From contig OX597833.1 in NCBI GenBank assembly GCA_951406725.2, forward strand, positions 33,046,001-33,110,000: a DNA stretch of 64,000 nucleotides, read 5' to 3'. The notes below the pieces were generated by a model. The model was given only the letters and a program-made list of their open reading frames with translations. It had not been told where the DNA came from and searched no databases. Shown here in pieces: positions 1-12,740 of this stretch. Position numbers and translations under genes: made by a program. This DNA comes from Octopus vulgaris. Lineage: Eukaryota. The first letter of the stretch is position 1. The number at the start of each line of letters is the position of its first letter.

Positions 1-519
1 GTAAATTGTTCTCTGTAAAATGTAAAAACCGGTAAAATGTTCTCTAACCGGTAAATTGACTGCTGTAGTTTATCAACTGCAGAGTATAGATGTCATATGA
101 CCAGCGTTCTGTTTTAATCTTGCTTTTCGTTTGGATGTTGACACTAGTTGTATATTTGTATAGTGTTAACATTTTTAGAGCACTAAATCACTGAGTACTT
201 TGAAAGAAAATATTTCATCGAGATTGCTATAGGCTGAAAGGCTGAAATACGTTGTTGTGATTTCCCAGACAGAAAGGCTACAAAGTAAAAGACTTCTTGT
301 AGAGTCTGATGAGTTGGAATCAGTGCATGCATCGCGGGCAAACCAGCTTCTAATGTTGATGGGAGAGGAAGAGAAAAAAATGAATCTGTAAAGACATGCT
401 ATAACCAGTTTCAGTACATATGCATTTAGAAATATTACAGCAAGCAGTGACAGCAAAATTTAGTGAAATAGAAACAAACGGCGGATTGTTTTAACTTATT
501 GTATTGTACTGTTCTAAAT

Positions 520-576
<57 letters not shown>

Positions 577-581
<5 letters not shown>

Positions 582-1300
582 CTTATAAATAAGGGCAAAC
601 GAAAAAAAAATTCTAATGCCAAATATGCCGAAATTAGACACCTTATCCATAACCATATAATTTTTCACAATACGCACGCTACTCAAAAAAGGTCGACAGA
701 AATTTCTAAAAACTTCCATTATTACCATATGGGACCGATTTCAGAGTTAGTTCATAAGAACCCTCCCTTCGTCAGTGATAAATGTGGCAAAGAAATAAAT
801 GAGATACTTAATCATACCCATGGAAGAAGCAAACATGAGCACAATTAAGTACCCCAAATATATCCAAAATAGAAATTCTCCAGCCCATTTGAGACACGTG
901 CGATTTGAAATTATTTATAAGTTGTTTATAAATTTAACCTTTAAAGGTATTTTTTAATATGCTGGCTATTGATAAATTTTTTTTCCGAAAAAATTTTTTA
1001 TTCTACATTAAATATAAATTTAATAGTGTTCACTTCCGGACTCTCTCACTCTGTGAGAGCCTCAGTTCAAATCGCACGTGTCTCAAATGGGCTGGAGAAT
1101 TTTAGAAATTTCTGTCGACCTTTTTTGAGTAGCGTGCGTATTTGAAAAATTATATGGTAATGGATAAGGTGTCTAATTTCGGTATATTTGGCATTAGAAA
1201 TTTTTTTTCGTTTGCCCTTATTTATAAGTTGTTTATAAATTCAACCTTTGAAGGTATTTTTTAATATGCTGGCCATTATCCTACATTCAATATAAAATTA
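577..1300. mobile_element. Rearranged fold-back Penelope-like (PLE) terminal remnant between (TA)n tracts, with HHR-like motif at 722-781 (-)
   Basis: About 580-710 is inverted at about 1100-1230, and about 873-910 is inverted at about 1066-1102. The minus strand reads ttatca-CTGACGA-aggg...ctct-GAAA-tcgg-TC. The tail tttataagttgtttata...aaggtatttt recurs at about 25830-25920 and 55150-55255. Confidence 0.55.
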
Positions 1301-1344
1301 TTTATATATATATATATGCATATATGTATGTACTTAAGAGAGAA

Positions 1345-1387
<43 letters not shown>

Positions 1388-1451
1388 AAGCTTCTAACAT
1401 TGTTAAGAGAAAAATATATTACAGAAATATTATAATTTAATCATGGTAAAA

Positions 1452-1665
1452 TAGGGAACTGGCAGTATCGTAAGCACGATGGACGAGACGCTTAACATTA
1501 TTTCATTCGTCCTTACGTTCTACATTCAAATTCCGCCGACCTCGACTTTGTCTTTCATTCTTTCTGGGTCGATGAAATAAGTACCAGTTGAGCTCTGGGT
1601 TTGATTTAATCGATATACCTTCGCCCTGAACCTGTTGTCTATTTTGCCAAAATTTGAAACCATTA
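1452..1665 (+). mobile_element. Degraded tRNA-derived SINE (Nin/Deu-domain-like)
   Basis: ttcaaattccgcc...gactttg..tttcat...gggtcgat..aataagtaccag matches the better copies at 46737-47135. Confidence 0.75.
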
Positions 1666-1964
1666 TTATAAACAATCTCTGTATCTCTGTCTGTGCGTGT
1701 GTCTCTGTAACAATATTACAATACATTTGCAGTTCCAGATTTCAACGTTGAAGTAGATTAACTAAGAAAAAGACAACTGACCAAATCATAAGAAGATTAT
1801 ATGTATGAAGTTGAATATCGCAAAGAAAAGAATCCTATGAATGTAAACGAAAGGAAAGGGAAAGAAAGCATGAAGTTTTTAATAATACAATAACGTCGTA
1901 TTTATTACGATTGCTATTTTCCAGTAAATATCGGTGCCTCGTTGTACCATTTATTTACTTTTAT

Positions 1965-2360
<396 letters not shown>

Positions 2361-3630
2361 AGTTTAAATTCCTAGACTAAGAAGTGAGCCGTTAATTGAC
2401 TTATTTTAAGAAGAAATGAAAAAGTTGATACATCATTCTTACCTGACTAACCCTGCTGAAGCCATCGCATATTTTATTTCAATATGTAATCGCACCAAAT
2501 TTTAGATGAAGAATTCAACATATTACTTTTCTTTCTGGTTCTTAAATTTCTTCTGTTGCCTCCCCTCTTCGATGGCGTGTATCGGTAGCTTATTTCATAT
2601 AATATAGTTGTGTACAAACTTTAAAACGCAGTTATCTTTTTCTTAAACTTCAACAGAATTTCCTTCTCTCACTGAATTTTACCTCTTCCTAGGAATTAAC
2701 TCTCTGATTCCTTTCTGTATTCCATACCGTCATCACTAAATGCAATTTCTCCTATTTTCATACCTATATTCATGTGTATATGCATTTGTATCCATATCCT
2801 TCTATCTAAAACATCTCCTAGAGATTGAGTAAATAAGGCGTGATAATACGTTGCAACACGTTGCTTGTCTGCTGATTTAACCAATTAATAGCTACTCAAC
2901 AGTGTTCAATCGGGATATTTTTGTGTTATTGAATCATAATTTTTCTCTCTTAGTTCATAGTGATAAGAGCTGCCAAAATGAATTTTACCTTATATTTGAA
3001 CTTCCGATTGCATTTTATCAATCCAGCCATAAAGACATTTTGCTTTAGTTTTAATATTTTTTCTCTGGCCACCGATCCAGAGCTGATATAAATGTACGAT
3101 ATTAGTGTCGTTTCTTTCCTATTTCCTTTTTACTTTTCCCCTTCACGTCCCACAAATAATAGTGAATAATAATGATTTGATTTAATCAGGAAACAAGATA
3201 TCATCAAGTATATGCAATAAAGATTGAGGAATGTAACAGCCTGGGTGATGTCGCTCACTTCTAGCAGTTCTAGTCAATTCTGATTTAGTAAATATATGAC
3301 TAGAGGTATTCCCACCATGTCCAGCTAATATTTTTAGGTTTATTTCGTACTATGTTGACCAATGTCTCCATTTCTTTCACAAGATGGTACCTGAGGGAGA
3401 TTTGACTATTGGTTCTAGAAGATCAACCGACCAAATAGAGGACCCCAACGTTGACTTATTTCTGAACCTACTCAATTGCTAGTTTTGATATTTTGAAGAA
3501 AGTCTGAATTTTCATACAGAGAAACAGGCATAAAGATATATTTACACACTATAGAAGCAAATTTTCACGTGCTTGCTTCAATCACTTACGAAAAAAGGGA
3601 ATTCATGAGCACGCTAGTGCTAATTCACCA

Positions 3631-3700
<70 letters not shown>

Positions 3701-3794
3701 GTATATATATATATATGTATGTATGTATATATATATCAAGATGGAAAACAGAATATACGAGAAACTTTATTGCTCACAACGATCGTTTCGACCC

Positions 3795-4235
3795 ATCCTA
3801 CATTGATCTCTCGCGGGTGGGATACTCTATGACCGTTCCTCGATGCAGAAGTATCTCGTTAGGTGAGTTTACAGGGAATGTTTCGTTAAATTAAGACTAC
3901 TTCACTCGGTTTAAATACAGCATGTTGTTAGAGGCTGTATGTTTTAATCTTGCGCAGGAATCGCAGGAGACAGATTCTGTTGCAACATTATAAACAGTTG
4001 TCTACGTGTGTTGACTAATGATTCAATGACAGGGAGTAAATAAGAAAAATATGAAAACCAAGAAAAATAAGGAAGAAACTTCTGTACCCACACCTGTGGT
4101 CTTGCACACACACACACTCACACGCACAGTTAAGTAAATGTTATTAAACTCAATGATAAGCGTCGAACCAATCTGGTTTCCGTTTTGGTGGCAGGCGAAA
4201 TACGTACCACGTAACTGAATCGGTCCTCTTTGTTA
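3795..4235. repeat. Dispersed repeat; inverted copy at about 62222-62722
   Basis: Shared blocks such as caatgataagcgtc..accaatctggtttccgtt..ggtggcaggcgaaatacgtaccacgta are reverse-complemented near 62235-62300. Confidence 0.8.
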
Positions 4236-4614
4236 TGGTTATTATACACACACATTTATGTATATATATATATGTATACCCTGATATATATGATATATTT
4301 ACAATGTACATCCTTAAGTTAACTTTTAGATAGTAATCGTAAACAAAGAATTCTTACAATAATCAATACAAGTATAAGTTAATACATGAAAAATTATCTA
4401 CAAAATTTAATAAAGCATGTACAGTGATTTTAATGATTTCAATAATTTATATTAGGATTTTTATAATTCTTTTCGTATCTTACATGCATTGAATTATAAT
4501 GTATATATGTATGCTATTAAGGTTCTCATTTTTGCTAAATGGATAAATAATTTAACATTCTAATATCCGAAAGCTGATGAACTAACTAAATTGTTTCTCC
4601 ATTTTTTATTTGTA

Positions 4615-4650
<36 letters not shown>

Positions 4651-4657
4651 TCTGGCA

Positions 4658-4700
4658 TCTAAAGACTAGTTTCAGTGTATTTTCCCCTTATCAATGTAGA
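4658..4700 (-). ncRNA. Degenerate minimal HHR (PLE remnant; next to the insertion site of the ORF1-only element)
   Basis: Minus strand: tctaca-TTGATAA-gggg...cact-GAAA-ctag-TC-tttaga. Two core mismatches and a palindromic stem III. Confidence 0.4.
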
Positions 4701-4716
4701 GTAGCCGAACCCAGCA

Positions 4717-6448
4717 TTTCTCTTTATTATAGGCACAAGGCCTCCATACAGAGGGGACATACACAAACATCCGGGGACGTAAAAACGAATGGAAAATGAT
4801 AATGAAATGAACATAATTATGATGCAAATGAGACGGCCATCACGCCCCCGCTGCGAGACGAACCGGGAATACCTTTACAATTACACTTTACAATTGACTT
4901 TACGATGAAACTTTACAATTAACTTTACAATAAAAACTTTACAAACACACTTTGTGATTAAACTTTACAATTAACTTTAAAATACACTTAAAACCACCTC
5001 TAGTTTCGCTATAATGCGAAACCGTGACCTTTCCTTTCGTTTCCTGCCTTTAAAATGAACGTTCATATGTGTCCTTTGTTTCAACAAAAATAACATTTTA
5101 AATACTTGTTTGTTCATCAATTCATTTGACATTATTTCTTGTTTTTGTTTACAATAAATTACAATGTTCGTGTGCTTCTTTCAATTGTAGTTTTTTCCAC
5201 AATTTTATATACTTACCGTTCTTCAACCTATGTTTTACTTCGTGTTTTTGTCTTCCTCGCAATTTCTTCCATTTTTCCATTTCCATGCTGTTCCAGTACA
5301 TCTCTCCGCTGTGGTTCTTTCATCTGTATGCTTTCGCACTCTTGCTTGTCTGTGCATTCATCCGACTGCACTTTCTCATCCTCTTTCTGTGTATCTTTAT
5401 CATGCGACTCTAGGCACTTTCGTTCAACCTCCTCGTCGCTCTGTAATTCCACCTCTCCTTCTGCTATCTCTGTTGATGGCTCCTCTACATTTTCTGTTCT
5501 TTGTTGCACTTCCTCCTCCATTCCTTTCCTCATCTTTAGTTCTGCTGTTGTTGGAGACTTCTTTCTTTCTCTTTTCCTGCTTTTTGCCTCTGCCAGTTTT
5601 TCTTTATGTGTTATTAAAGGTATATCTACGTGTCTTAATAACTCCTCCATTGGTATACAATCCTTCATTTTGTGCCCTCTCATACCGCATTTGTAACATT
5701 TGGGTGGTCTTCCTGTCAGTATTATCTCCAACCTCTCTCCTGTTGGCAGCTCTATTGTTTCTGGCACTTTCTCATGATATCCTGGGGTCATAGTTCCGAC
5801 TATTTCTGAACCAAATCCCCCAACATTCCAGCATTCGATCTTGCTCACTAACTGAATCTCCAGTTCTGGGTTTTCCTCCTGCAGTCTGGAGCCCAAAATG
5901 GCCACTAACACCCACTCAGGCTCTATCATTGGTAGTATCCGGCGAACTCTGATTTTTACTAATCTCTTCCCTGGTGTGCATGGTAATAGCGTCCGTTTGT
6001 CTCCTTCTATCACCTGTTTAACATTCCGTGCTGCCTCTTCTTCAGGTTCAAATGTTACTGCAACTGTCCCGTAATCGTTTCCCTTTGTGAGGAAGATTAT
6101 TTCCTCGTCAATATAGCTCATTATTAGATCTATTTCTTTTTTTGGAGCTCTCTCAATCTTTCTGTTCTCGTTAGAAAATGTTCTAAATTTTTTTTCCTCT
6201 TTCTTTCTCTCTTCTTCTGGCATGACTAGTTTTATGTTCGTTCCTTCTATTTTCACCATACTGCTGTACTTCCTCAACTTCTCCATATCATACTCCATAT
6301 TCACTTGCTTTATCTTGCGTGTGTTCTCGGTTTCCCACGCTTCGGCGACCTCTGCATACGTCTTCATTTCTTCAGCTTCTCTCGTTCCACCCAACATGAC
6401 GGTCTCGCATCAATCGGTCTCACTTCTGAAAAACAAACTCAAAAGAGC
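4717..6448 (-). mobile_element. Non-autonomous ORF1-only LINE-like retroelement (1.73 kb) with 15-bp TSD
   Basis: TSD TAGCCGAACCCAGCA (4702-4716) / TAGACGAACCCAGCA (6449-6463). Single intact ORF, and a 3' stem-loop plus A-rich end. Confidence 0.85.
5228..6397 (-). CDS. LINE ORF1-like nucleic-acid-binding protein with CCHC zinc knuckle (389 aa)
   Basis: ATG start, uninterrupted frame, CYKCGMRGHKMKDC knuckle. Aligns by eye with ORF1 at 33571-34704 (KIKQVN..LRKYS/KIKKIN..LKKYA; YGTVAVTF/YGTVEVRF; GRPPKC/GRKPRC). Confidence 0.85.
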   Translation of the reverse strand: MLGGTREAEEMKTYAEVAEAWETENTRKIKQVNMEYDMEKLRKYSSMVKIEGTNIKLVMPEEERKKEEKKFRTFSNENRKIERAPKKEIDLIMSYIDEEIIFLTKGNDYGTVAVTFEPEEEAARNVKQVIEGDKRTLLPCTPGKRLVKIRVRRILPMIEPEWVLVAILGSRLQEENPELEIQLVSKIECWNVGGFGSEIVGTMTPGYHEKVPETIELPTGERLEIILTGRPPKCYKCGMRGHKMKDCIPMEELLRHVDIPLITHKEKLAEAKSRKRERKKSPTTAELKMRKGMEEEVQQRTENVEEPSTEIAEGEVELQSDEEVERKCLESHDKDTQKEDEKVQSDECTDKQECESIQMKEPQRRDVLEQHGNGKMEEIARKTKTRSKT

Positions 6449-6547
6449 TAGACGAACCCAGCAGGCGTTGCTACTGACCGTCTTTTCGAAGGATTATTTA
6501 CCTAAAATTCAGTGGGATATATCTACTGGTTTTCAAAAATAGAAAGG

Positions 6548-6696
6548 ATATTAATAGATATTGCCAAGCTAACTTGTCAGTCCAGAAAAATAGAACGATG
6601 GTTATAATGGACACAGGTTCTTGGAGCTAGTCAACGGCAGCATTCGTCCTATTTTTCTGGACTGCCAAGTTAGCTTGGCGATAACAATTAATATTC
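6548..6696. repeat. Short inverted repeat (about 50-bp arms)
   Basis: gccaagctaacttgtcagtccagaaaaatag pairs with ctatttttctggactgccaagttagcttggc. Confidence 0.8.
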
Positions 6697-6739
6697 AGTA
6701 CCGCTGTCGTAGTCTCCTTTAGAGAGACTTAGAAATATA

Positions 6740-6782
<43 letters not shown>

Positions 6783-6819
6783 AGACAATATATATATATT
6801 GTCTACTCTTTATGGCTTT

Positions 6820-6945
6820 ATGGTTTTATGGAGATATATGAAATTTTAAAACATAGGAATAATACAAACTTATTGAATAACCGTTCCGAACTGGGAATAT
6901 CTTGTATACATTGTGCTACCCGTACGTTTAAGTATTTTAAATAAT
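6820..6945 (+). pseudogene. PLE GIY-YIG C-terminal fragment
   Basis: Translates to MEIYEILKHRNNTNLLNNRSELGISCIH, matching the LNxRSEL..CxH end of the element at 13761-14021. Confidence 0.55.
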
Positions 6946-7169
6946 AACATTCTGACCATTCCTAAATTTTCAAATCCTAATATTTTGTAACCAAATAAAA
7001 AATTAATATACCATACTAGCTTTTATTCAACCTGCATAGATTACTAAGAAATTTTATTATATATATAAATCTGAATATATGAAATTAGAATTCCTTTTTT
7101 TTTCTTTTTTTTTTCTTGATACTCTCCTATATTGGAAAGAAATATATACATATATATATATATATTGAT

Positions 7170-7875
7170 AAAACGGTAAGATAACAAAAGAAAGAAAGAG
7201 ACCTCAATATTATGTAAATAGAGGAAATTTATCTATACAATATGTTACATTACTCGGTAGTCAAGATAAAACTCTGAGTTTCAGATGCCGAAGTGGAAAT
7301 CCACAACACCATCTCTTCGGTTATCTGGCTATTTGAAAACGTTATGAAAAAATACCGTTAAAAATGAAGGGAAATTACTCTGTTGTAACTCTGCTTTGCC
7401 TGCGTACTTATACATCGCTCGCATTTTTCGTCATAAAAATTATATAAAAATACATAAAAATATATAAAAATATATAAAAATATATAAAATCTTCTTGGGA
7501 CATAACACAGAAAGCATGTTCTATCCGTTTTCTTTAGGGGACCAAAAACGTAACAGAAATTTAGTCACATGTGGGCATGATCCGAAAAGCTCTGTCCTTG
7601 TATTTAGACATGTGGTAGGGTCTAAGCTGCTTTTCCAGATAAGCCATCTCTCCATGTCGCATAAACCGCACCTTCCGCTGCCGTTAGTGTAGGGCTTACA
7701 TCTGGCCAAAATCTTCCATTGTATGTTATAATCGACACCTTTATCTCTTAAAGACCAAATATGATTGGATAATTGTGTCGCTTTTCTTTTGTTCCAGTGC
7801 CTAAAGCTCAAAGTGTGGTTATTGAACCTGGCCTTGAAATTACCCTCTGTCAGGCCCACGTATTTCTTCGTCGAA
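7170..7875 (-). mobile_element. 5'-truncated Naiad-type PLE (GIY-YIG ORF 7521-7859, 3' UTR, HHR variant at 7264-7326)
   Basis: YVGLTEGNFKARFNNH..T.LS.HIW.L..Y.IQWKIL..PY..C.LC..E..LN.R.EL..C.H. Confidence 0.85.
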
Positions 7876-7939
7876 ACGAATAATGTAATATATTGTATAG
7901 ATATATATATATATATATATATATATTGTCTACTCTTTA

Positions 7940-10900
7940 TGCCTTTATGCAGAGTCTAACCACCTCTTATACCTACACCTTAGATACATCTTAGCGTCTG
8001 ATGTGGCCTTTTAAACCAGACAATATATTGAAAAGACACCAACATAGATTGCATATCCGATTTGGACCTCCAAGAGCTGCAGTTAAGTTCTCATCTTTAT
8101 GGATCTTTAAAGTGTCTTTTGAGGTCTCCGTTAGATTTGCAAACCTGATGGCATACATAACATTGAAATTTACGCATACAAGGCATTGAAAGATGTGCAG
8201 ATCTTATGGCATACGTGGCACTGAAAGGCAATATTGAAAAATGTGTTGGTGGAGGCCCGCTTTTCATGGTTCTGCATATGAGATTTGAGCCCAACAATAA
8301 AGAAGGCATTGTCTGTCACAAATTGTGCACTCAAAAAGGTCACTGAGATTCACCTTTTCGATCGCAATATTCTTCTTTTCATCTCTCTTGAATCTTGCAT
8401 GTAATATCCTGGCCTCCTTAAAATCTTTCACTCCACTCCACGCTTTTTTTCGCCATCCATTTCAATCCGAATCAAGGGTTTCTACGCACTTTGGATCCAT
8501 TCCAAGTGACTTCTCCATTTCAATCCGAATCAAGGGTTTCTACGCACTTTGGATCCATTCCAAGTGACTTCATGGTAGTACTTATGCCGTCTTTAGACCT
8601 ATTTTTAGGTTCACACCGATTGCGTCTCCCCTCGGCAAGCTCGCCTGCAGACGCAAAGACACCTGTGTCTGGATTAAAACAAAAAACCCATTTAAGATTT
8701 AAAGGCATTTTTAGTCGAAAATTTCTAACAATTTGAAATGTCTTTCATAATACGTCCATGTTTCAGAAGAATACAACAGGGATGGTAAGACAAAAGATTT
8801 TGAAAGAGCCAATTTGTGTTGTTATTTATGTCATTGGCACCAAACGCATGGCTCCAAACCACGAAATGCTTGTGTTGCCCTTTCAATTCGCAGATGTACA
8901 TTATTTTGTACGGAGCTTCCAAAGTAGATGAAAGAGTCAATAATTTCGAGTAACTTACCCTTAATGAAAATTTAGAGAGGTTGCAAACCGCACCACGTGC
9001 AGGTTGATACATTACAATTGTTTTTTTCAAGTTGATGATCAAGTTAAAATCATCACAAACTGTCAAATGCAGATACAGGAGACTGTAGGTCTGCTTCAGA
9101 GTGACTGAATAGATCACAATCGTCAGCGTATAAGAGTTCACTAATGAGTCAAGTAAAAACCTTCGTTTTGAATTTCAGTCTGGTTAGATTAAAAACATTC
9201 CCAGTTGTTTGATATTTTATGTAAATACCCTCCTCGGAATTTTTAAAAGCGTGTGAAAGCACAATAGCAAAGCTTATTGCAAAGAAGGTGGGTGCATCAA
9301 AGTCTCCTTGCTTTACTCCATTTTTTCATGGCAAAATATTCTAGCTTTCTTATCTTGATGCAAAGCCCTCATCATGTTTACAAATTTATCTGGGCAACCT
9401 ATTTTCCTTAGAATTAGCCAGAGAGCATTTCTATTCACAGTATCGAATGCTTTGCTCAATCAACAAAGCAATGGTATAGGCAAGATTCTGTTCAATGCAC
9501 TTCTCCTGATATTGCCTGATAGTAAAAATACAATCAACTGTGCCCCTGGAGGAGCAAAAACCACATTGAGACTCAGACACTATATTTTCGAACTATGAAG
9601 GTATTTAAGCGTTCTAACGCAATGTGGGCAAGTATCTTTCCAACTACAGACAAAAGAGGTCCTTTCTCAGTTCTCCAACAGTGACAATTTAATATATTTA
9701 AGAGTTCAAACAGTGTCATCCCCATATTTCAAGACCTCTGCACAAATTCTATCAGACCCTGGAGACTGATTGTTATTCAGTTTATTCACAGCTTAATAAA
9801 TGTCATTTAGAGTTGGTTCAAATGCGATCTTCTCTATAATTGGAAGGTGTTCGATTTTTTCTATCATCTTCATGTCAATAAATGATGGTCTATTAAAAAG
9901 TCCAGAAAAATGTTCTACCCAGCGCTTATGAATAGATGCGGTGTCAGTCAAATGTAAATGTCCATATGCTGTTCTCACTGGAACAATTGAAGAAGATTTT
10001 GGGCCATATACCTCCTTAACATAAGAATACACACCCTTGACATCATTTCTGTCAGCTGCGTCTTGCGCCCTTTTTGTTCTGTCATTCTATCATTCCTGTT
10101 TAATTTTCCTTAGAGCAGTCTGCACTTTCCCTTTCAGCTTTCTGTAAGCTTCGTTTGAGTTGGGATTCAAGGACTGAGAAAGACGTGCATTGATTAAGTT
10201 TAGTATTTCATGAATTTCTGGTGATGTGTCTGAAAACAAGTCACTGGACTTACGTGATTTAAATCTCACTGAAGAATTGCTGCCTGAAATACTTTTTTAT
10301 TTTTTTTAAATCTTCCCATAGATTGTTCGATCAAAATTGATAATTTCTGTAGCAACTTTGTAAGTTACTAGATAATTTCAAGTTTGCAACATTTAACGCT
10401 TTGGGTACTCTAGGACCAGACTGTCAACTTTTAGGCATTATGAAAAAATTCATTTTTCCACGCACTAGGCGATGGTTATTCCAGCCCTCTGTTGCTCTCA
10501 TGACCCGAACACGAGAAACGTCTTTCATATCACGTTTTCTGATCAAAATATAATCTATGAGATGTCAGTCCTTAGATCTTGGGTGCATCCAGATGGTTTT
10601 ATATTTTTCTGTTTAAACAGGATGTTGGTAACAAACGAATTATTCTCAGTACAAAACGTCAAAAGAGTTACTCCATTTTTATTACATTCTTCAATTCTGT
10701 TTGCCGAAGATAGACCATGAAATGTGGTCATTTGCAACACTTGCGTTGGAATCTCCCAATACAACTAGCTCGACAGAAACTGGTACTTTCCTCAATAATT
10801 GTACTAGGTCATCATAAAACTGTCCTACAGTTTCATCAGAATGAGACATTGTTGGTGCATAAATACTGACAACGGAAAGAAACCTACCGTTTGTCAGTTT

Positions 10901-11500
10901 TATACATGACATGGTTCTTTCAGATATACCACTTGGAGATTCTGCAATGAAGGATACTAATGAAAGCAGACCCAGCACCAGATTCTCTACGCTGACTCTT
11001 AGGTAGGCCTCTCTATAAGATAGTATATCCATAAATAGGTTCATTTATATGACCCTCACCAGAGAGGCGAGTTTCAGAGAGAGCAACTATACCAAGGTAA
11101 TATTTTTAAAGCTCACAATCAATAAGTGTAGTACACCTTTCTGGCCTCTTTTTGAAATTTTCATCTAGAAGTATGCGCACATTCCAACAGCCAAAATTTA
11201 GCGGATGCTTATTTTTCTTCTTCTTAAAGATTGTTTGACCACAATGGCAGGATGAAAACCGAGTCTCGTCCGTAACACACTAGGACATCTATCGGGCCAG
11301 ACCTGTTCTCCTGATATTCCCAAGCCTTTTTTGCCATTTACTGAATCGGTTTGGGACATTTCAGAGTAGGTTCCAACTGTATTTTTAGGTTTCTGCCAAC
11401 CAATCAATGATTTTACTAAGATTTTGTGTAGAAGAAGCACCTGTGTAGATGAATAATTTTCAGTGGGTGTAGCTTGCACTGCACTACCCCCATCTATTGG
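7940..11500 (-). mobile_element. Decayed RTE-clade LINE (APE-RT, C-terminal C2H2-like finger)
   Basis: Fragments VSIYAPTM..FYDDL, VKEVYGPK..RWVEHFSGLFNRPS and CYVCHQVCKS..LKRH, with many frameshifts. Confidence 0.8.
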
Positions 11501-12622
11501 CCCAAGAAGACTTTCGCTGGTGTGACATGAGAATTGACAAAACCGGGAAGTTCCTAGGCTTCAGGATTTATTTTGGCGATTTCCTTCTCCTAGGTTAAAG
11601 AGCTTCTACATGCCCATGAGGTCGGTAATCCCGTGCCAGATACCAAACCAACACCCAAACGCTCCATAGAGTGATTAAATATCATTCCGGTGCCCGACGC
11701 GGAGCAGCTCATACATGCATAGATTAAAAATTTTTTTTCAATAATGAAAAACATAAAAGATATGTAATTTAAAAATAAAAAAAGATTTAAATATACATAA
11801 TATGTATATATAAAGTAAAAATATACATATAAGAAAATATAAAAAGCTATATATACATATTTACACAAACTCCACACACACACACACATAATATATATAT
11901 GCATATTTACACATATCTAACTTACGTACACATAGTAAGGCATGCGAAACCATAGAATATAATTTCCAGGAGATGGCGCCCCTGCTCCGAGGAATCCCTG
12001 TCTATTCTGTAAACTAACGATAAGATAATTAATAGAATTTCTGAACGATTCTCGAGATGCTTACACGCATATAAATGTACTTTCGCACAATGCAGTGAGA
12101 ATGAATTTTGAGTAACTTAATTTATTTTAAGGTATAGCTGACTTAAGTTTACTTTTAATCTGCCCATTCTTATAAACTAACTCGATTTTTGATCATGAGT
12201 GCACTAAACCCCACGTGTGCGTATGCTCACATGCTGCGGATACTTGTATGAGCGCATGTACTCGCGCCACGCAGCTTGCCCGCATCCATATCTGTTAACG
12301 GTTATTTTTAATACTTTTCTCGCTGGATTGCATTATCGTTTGTCTTTTTGTCATCTGTGATTTTACTTTTGATCGTCTATATAAATGAAAATATTTTCTC
12401 CGTCTGGCTGCTTTTCTCTCTACCAAACGGAAAATTACATTGCGGAACAGTCATTTTAACGAGTTCTATTTATATATTACCCGACGAGATACATCTGCAC
12501 CGCCAGATGCTCCTGAGCCAGTTGTTGAGTGTCCCGCCTAAGAGGAATAGAAGTTAGATGTGTCGAAACAATTGTCGTGATTAATAATAAATTTTCTTAT
12601 ATTCCATCTTCTGTCTCTCATT

Positions 12623-12673
<51 letters not shown>

Positions 12674-12702
12674 ATTTTAAGCAGCAGAAAATTCAACAAA
12701 AT

Positions 12703-12740
12703 CTGTTACTCTGAGTTTCTCGTTGCCGTTCATCAGACAG
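12703..12740 (-). ncRNA. Minimal type I hammerhead ribozyme in 3' pLTR
   Basis: ctgt-CTGATGA-acg gcaa cga-GAAA-ctcagag-TA-acag. Confidence 0.8.

Noticed and set aside
1-520. Possible DNA-transposon remnant (also about 2400-3100, 39480-41220, 59990-60460)
   Set aside because: No diagnostic motif or paired termini could be verified by eye.
5126-5793. Plus-strand ORFs overlapping TE genes (also 14845-15920, 30118-34747)
   Set aside because: Antisense shadows of biased coding sequence with no recognisable motifs.
8456-8570. Approximately 59-bp tandem duplication (also a 31-bp one near 43347-43412)
   Set aside because: Ordinary local slippage inside decayed elements.
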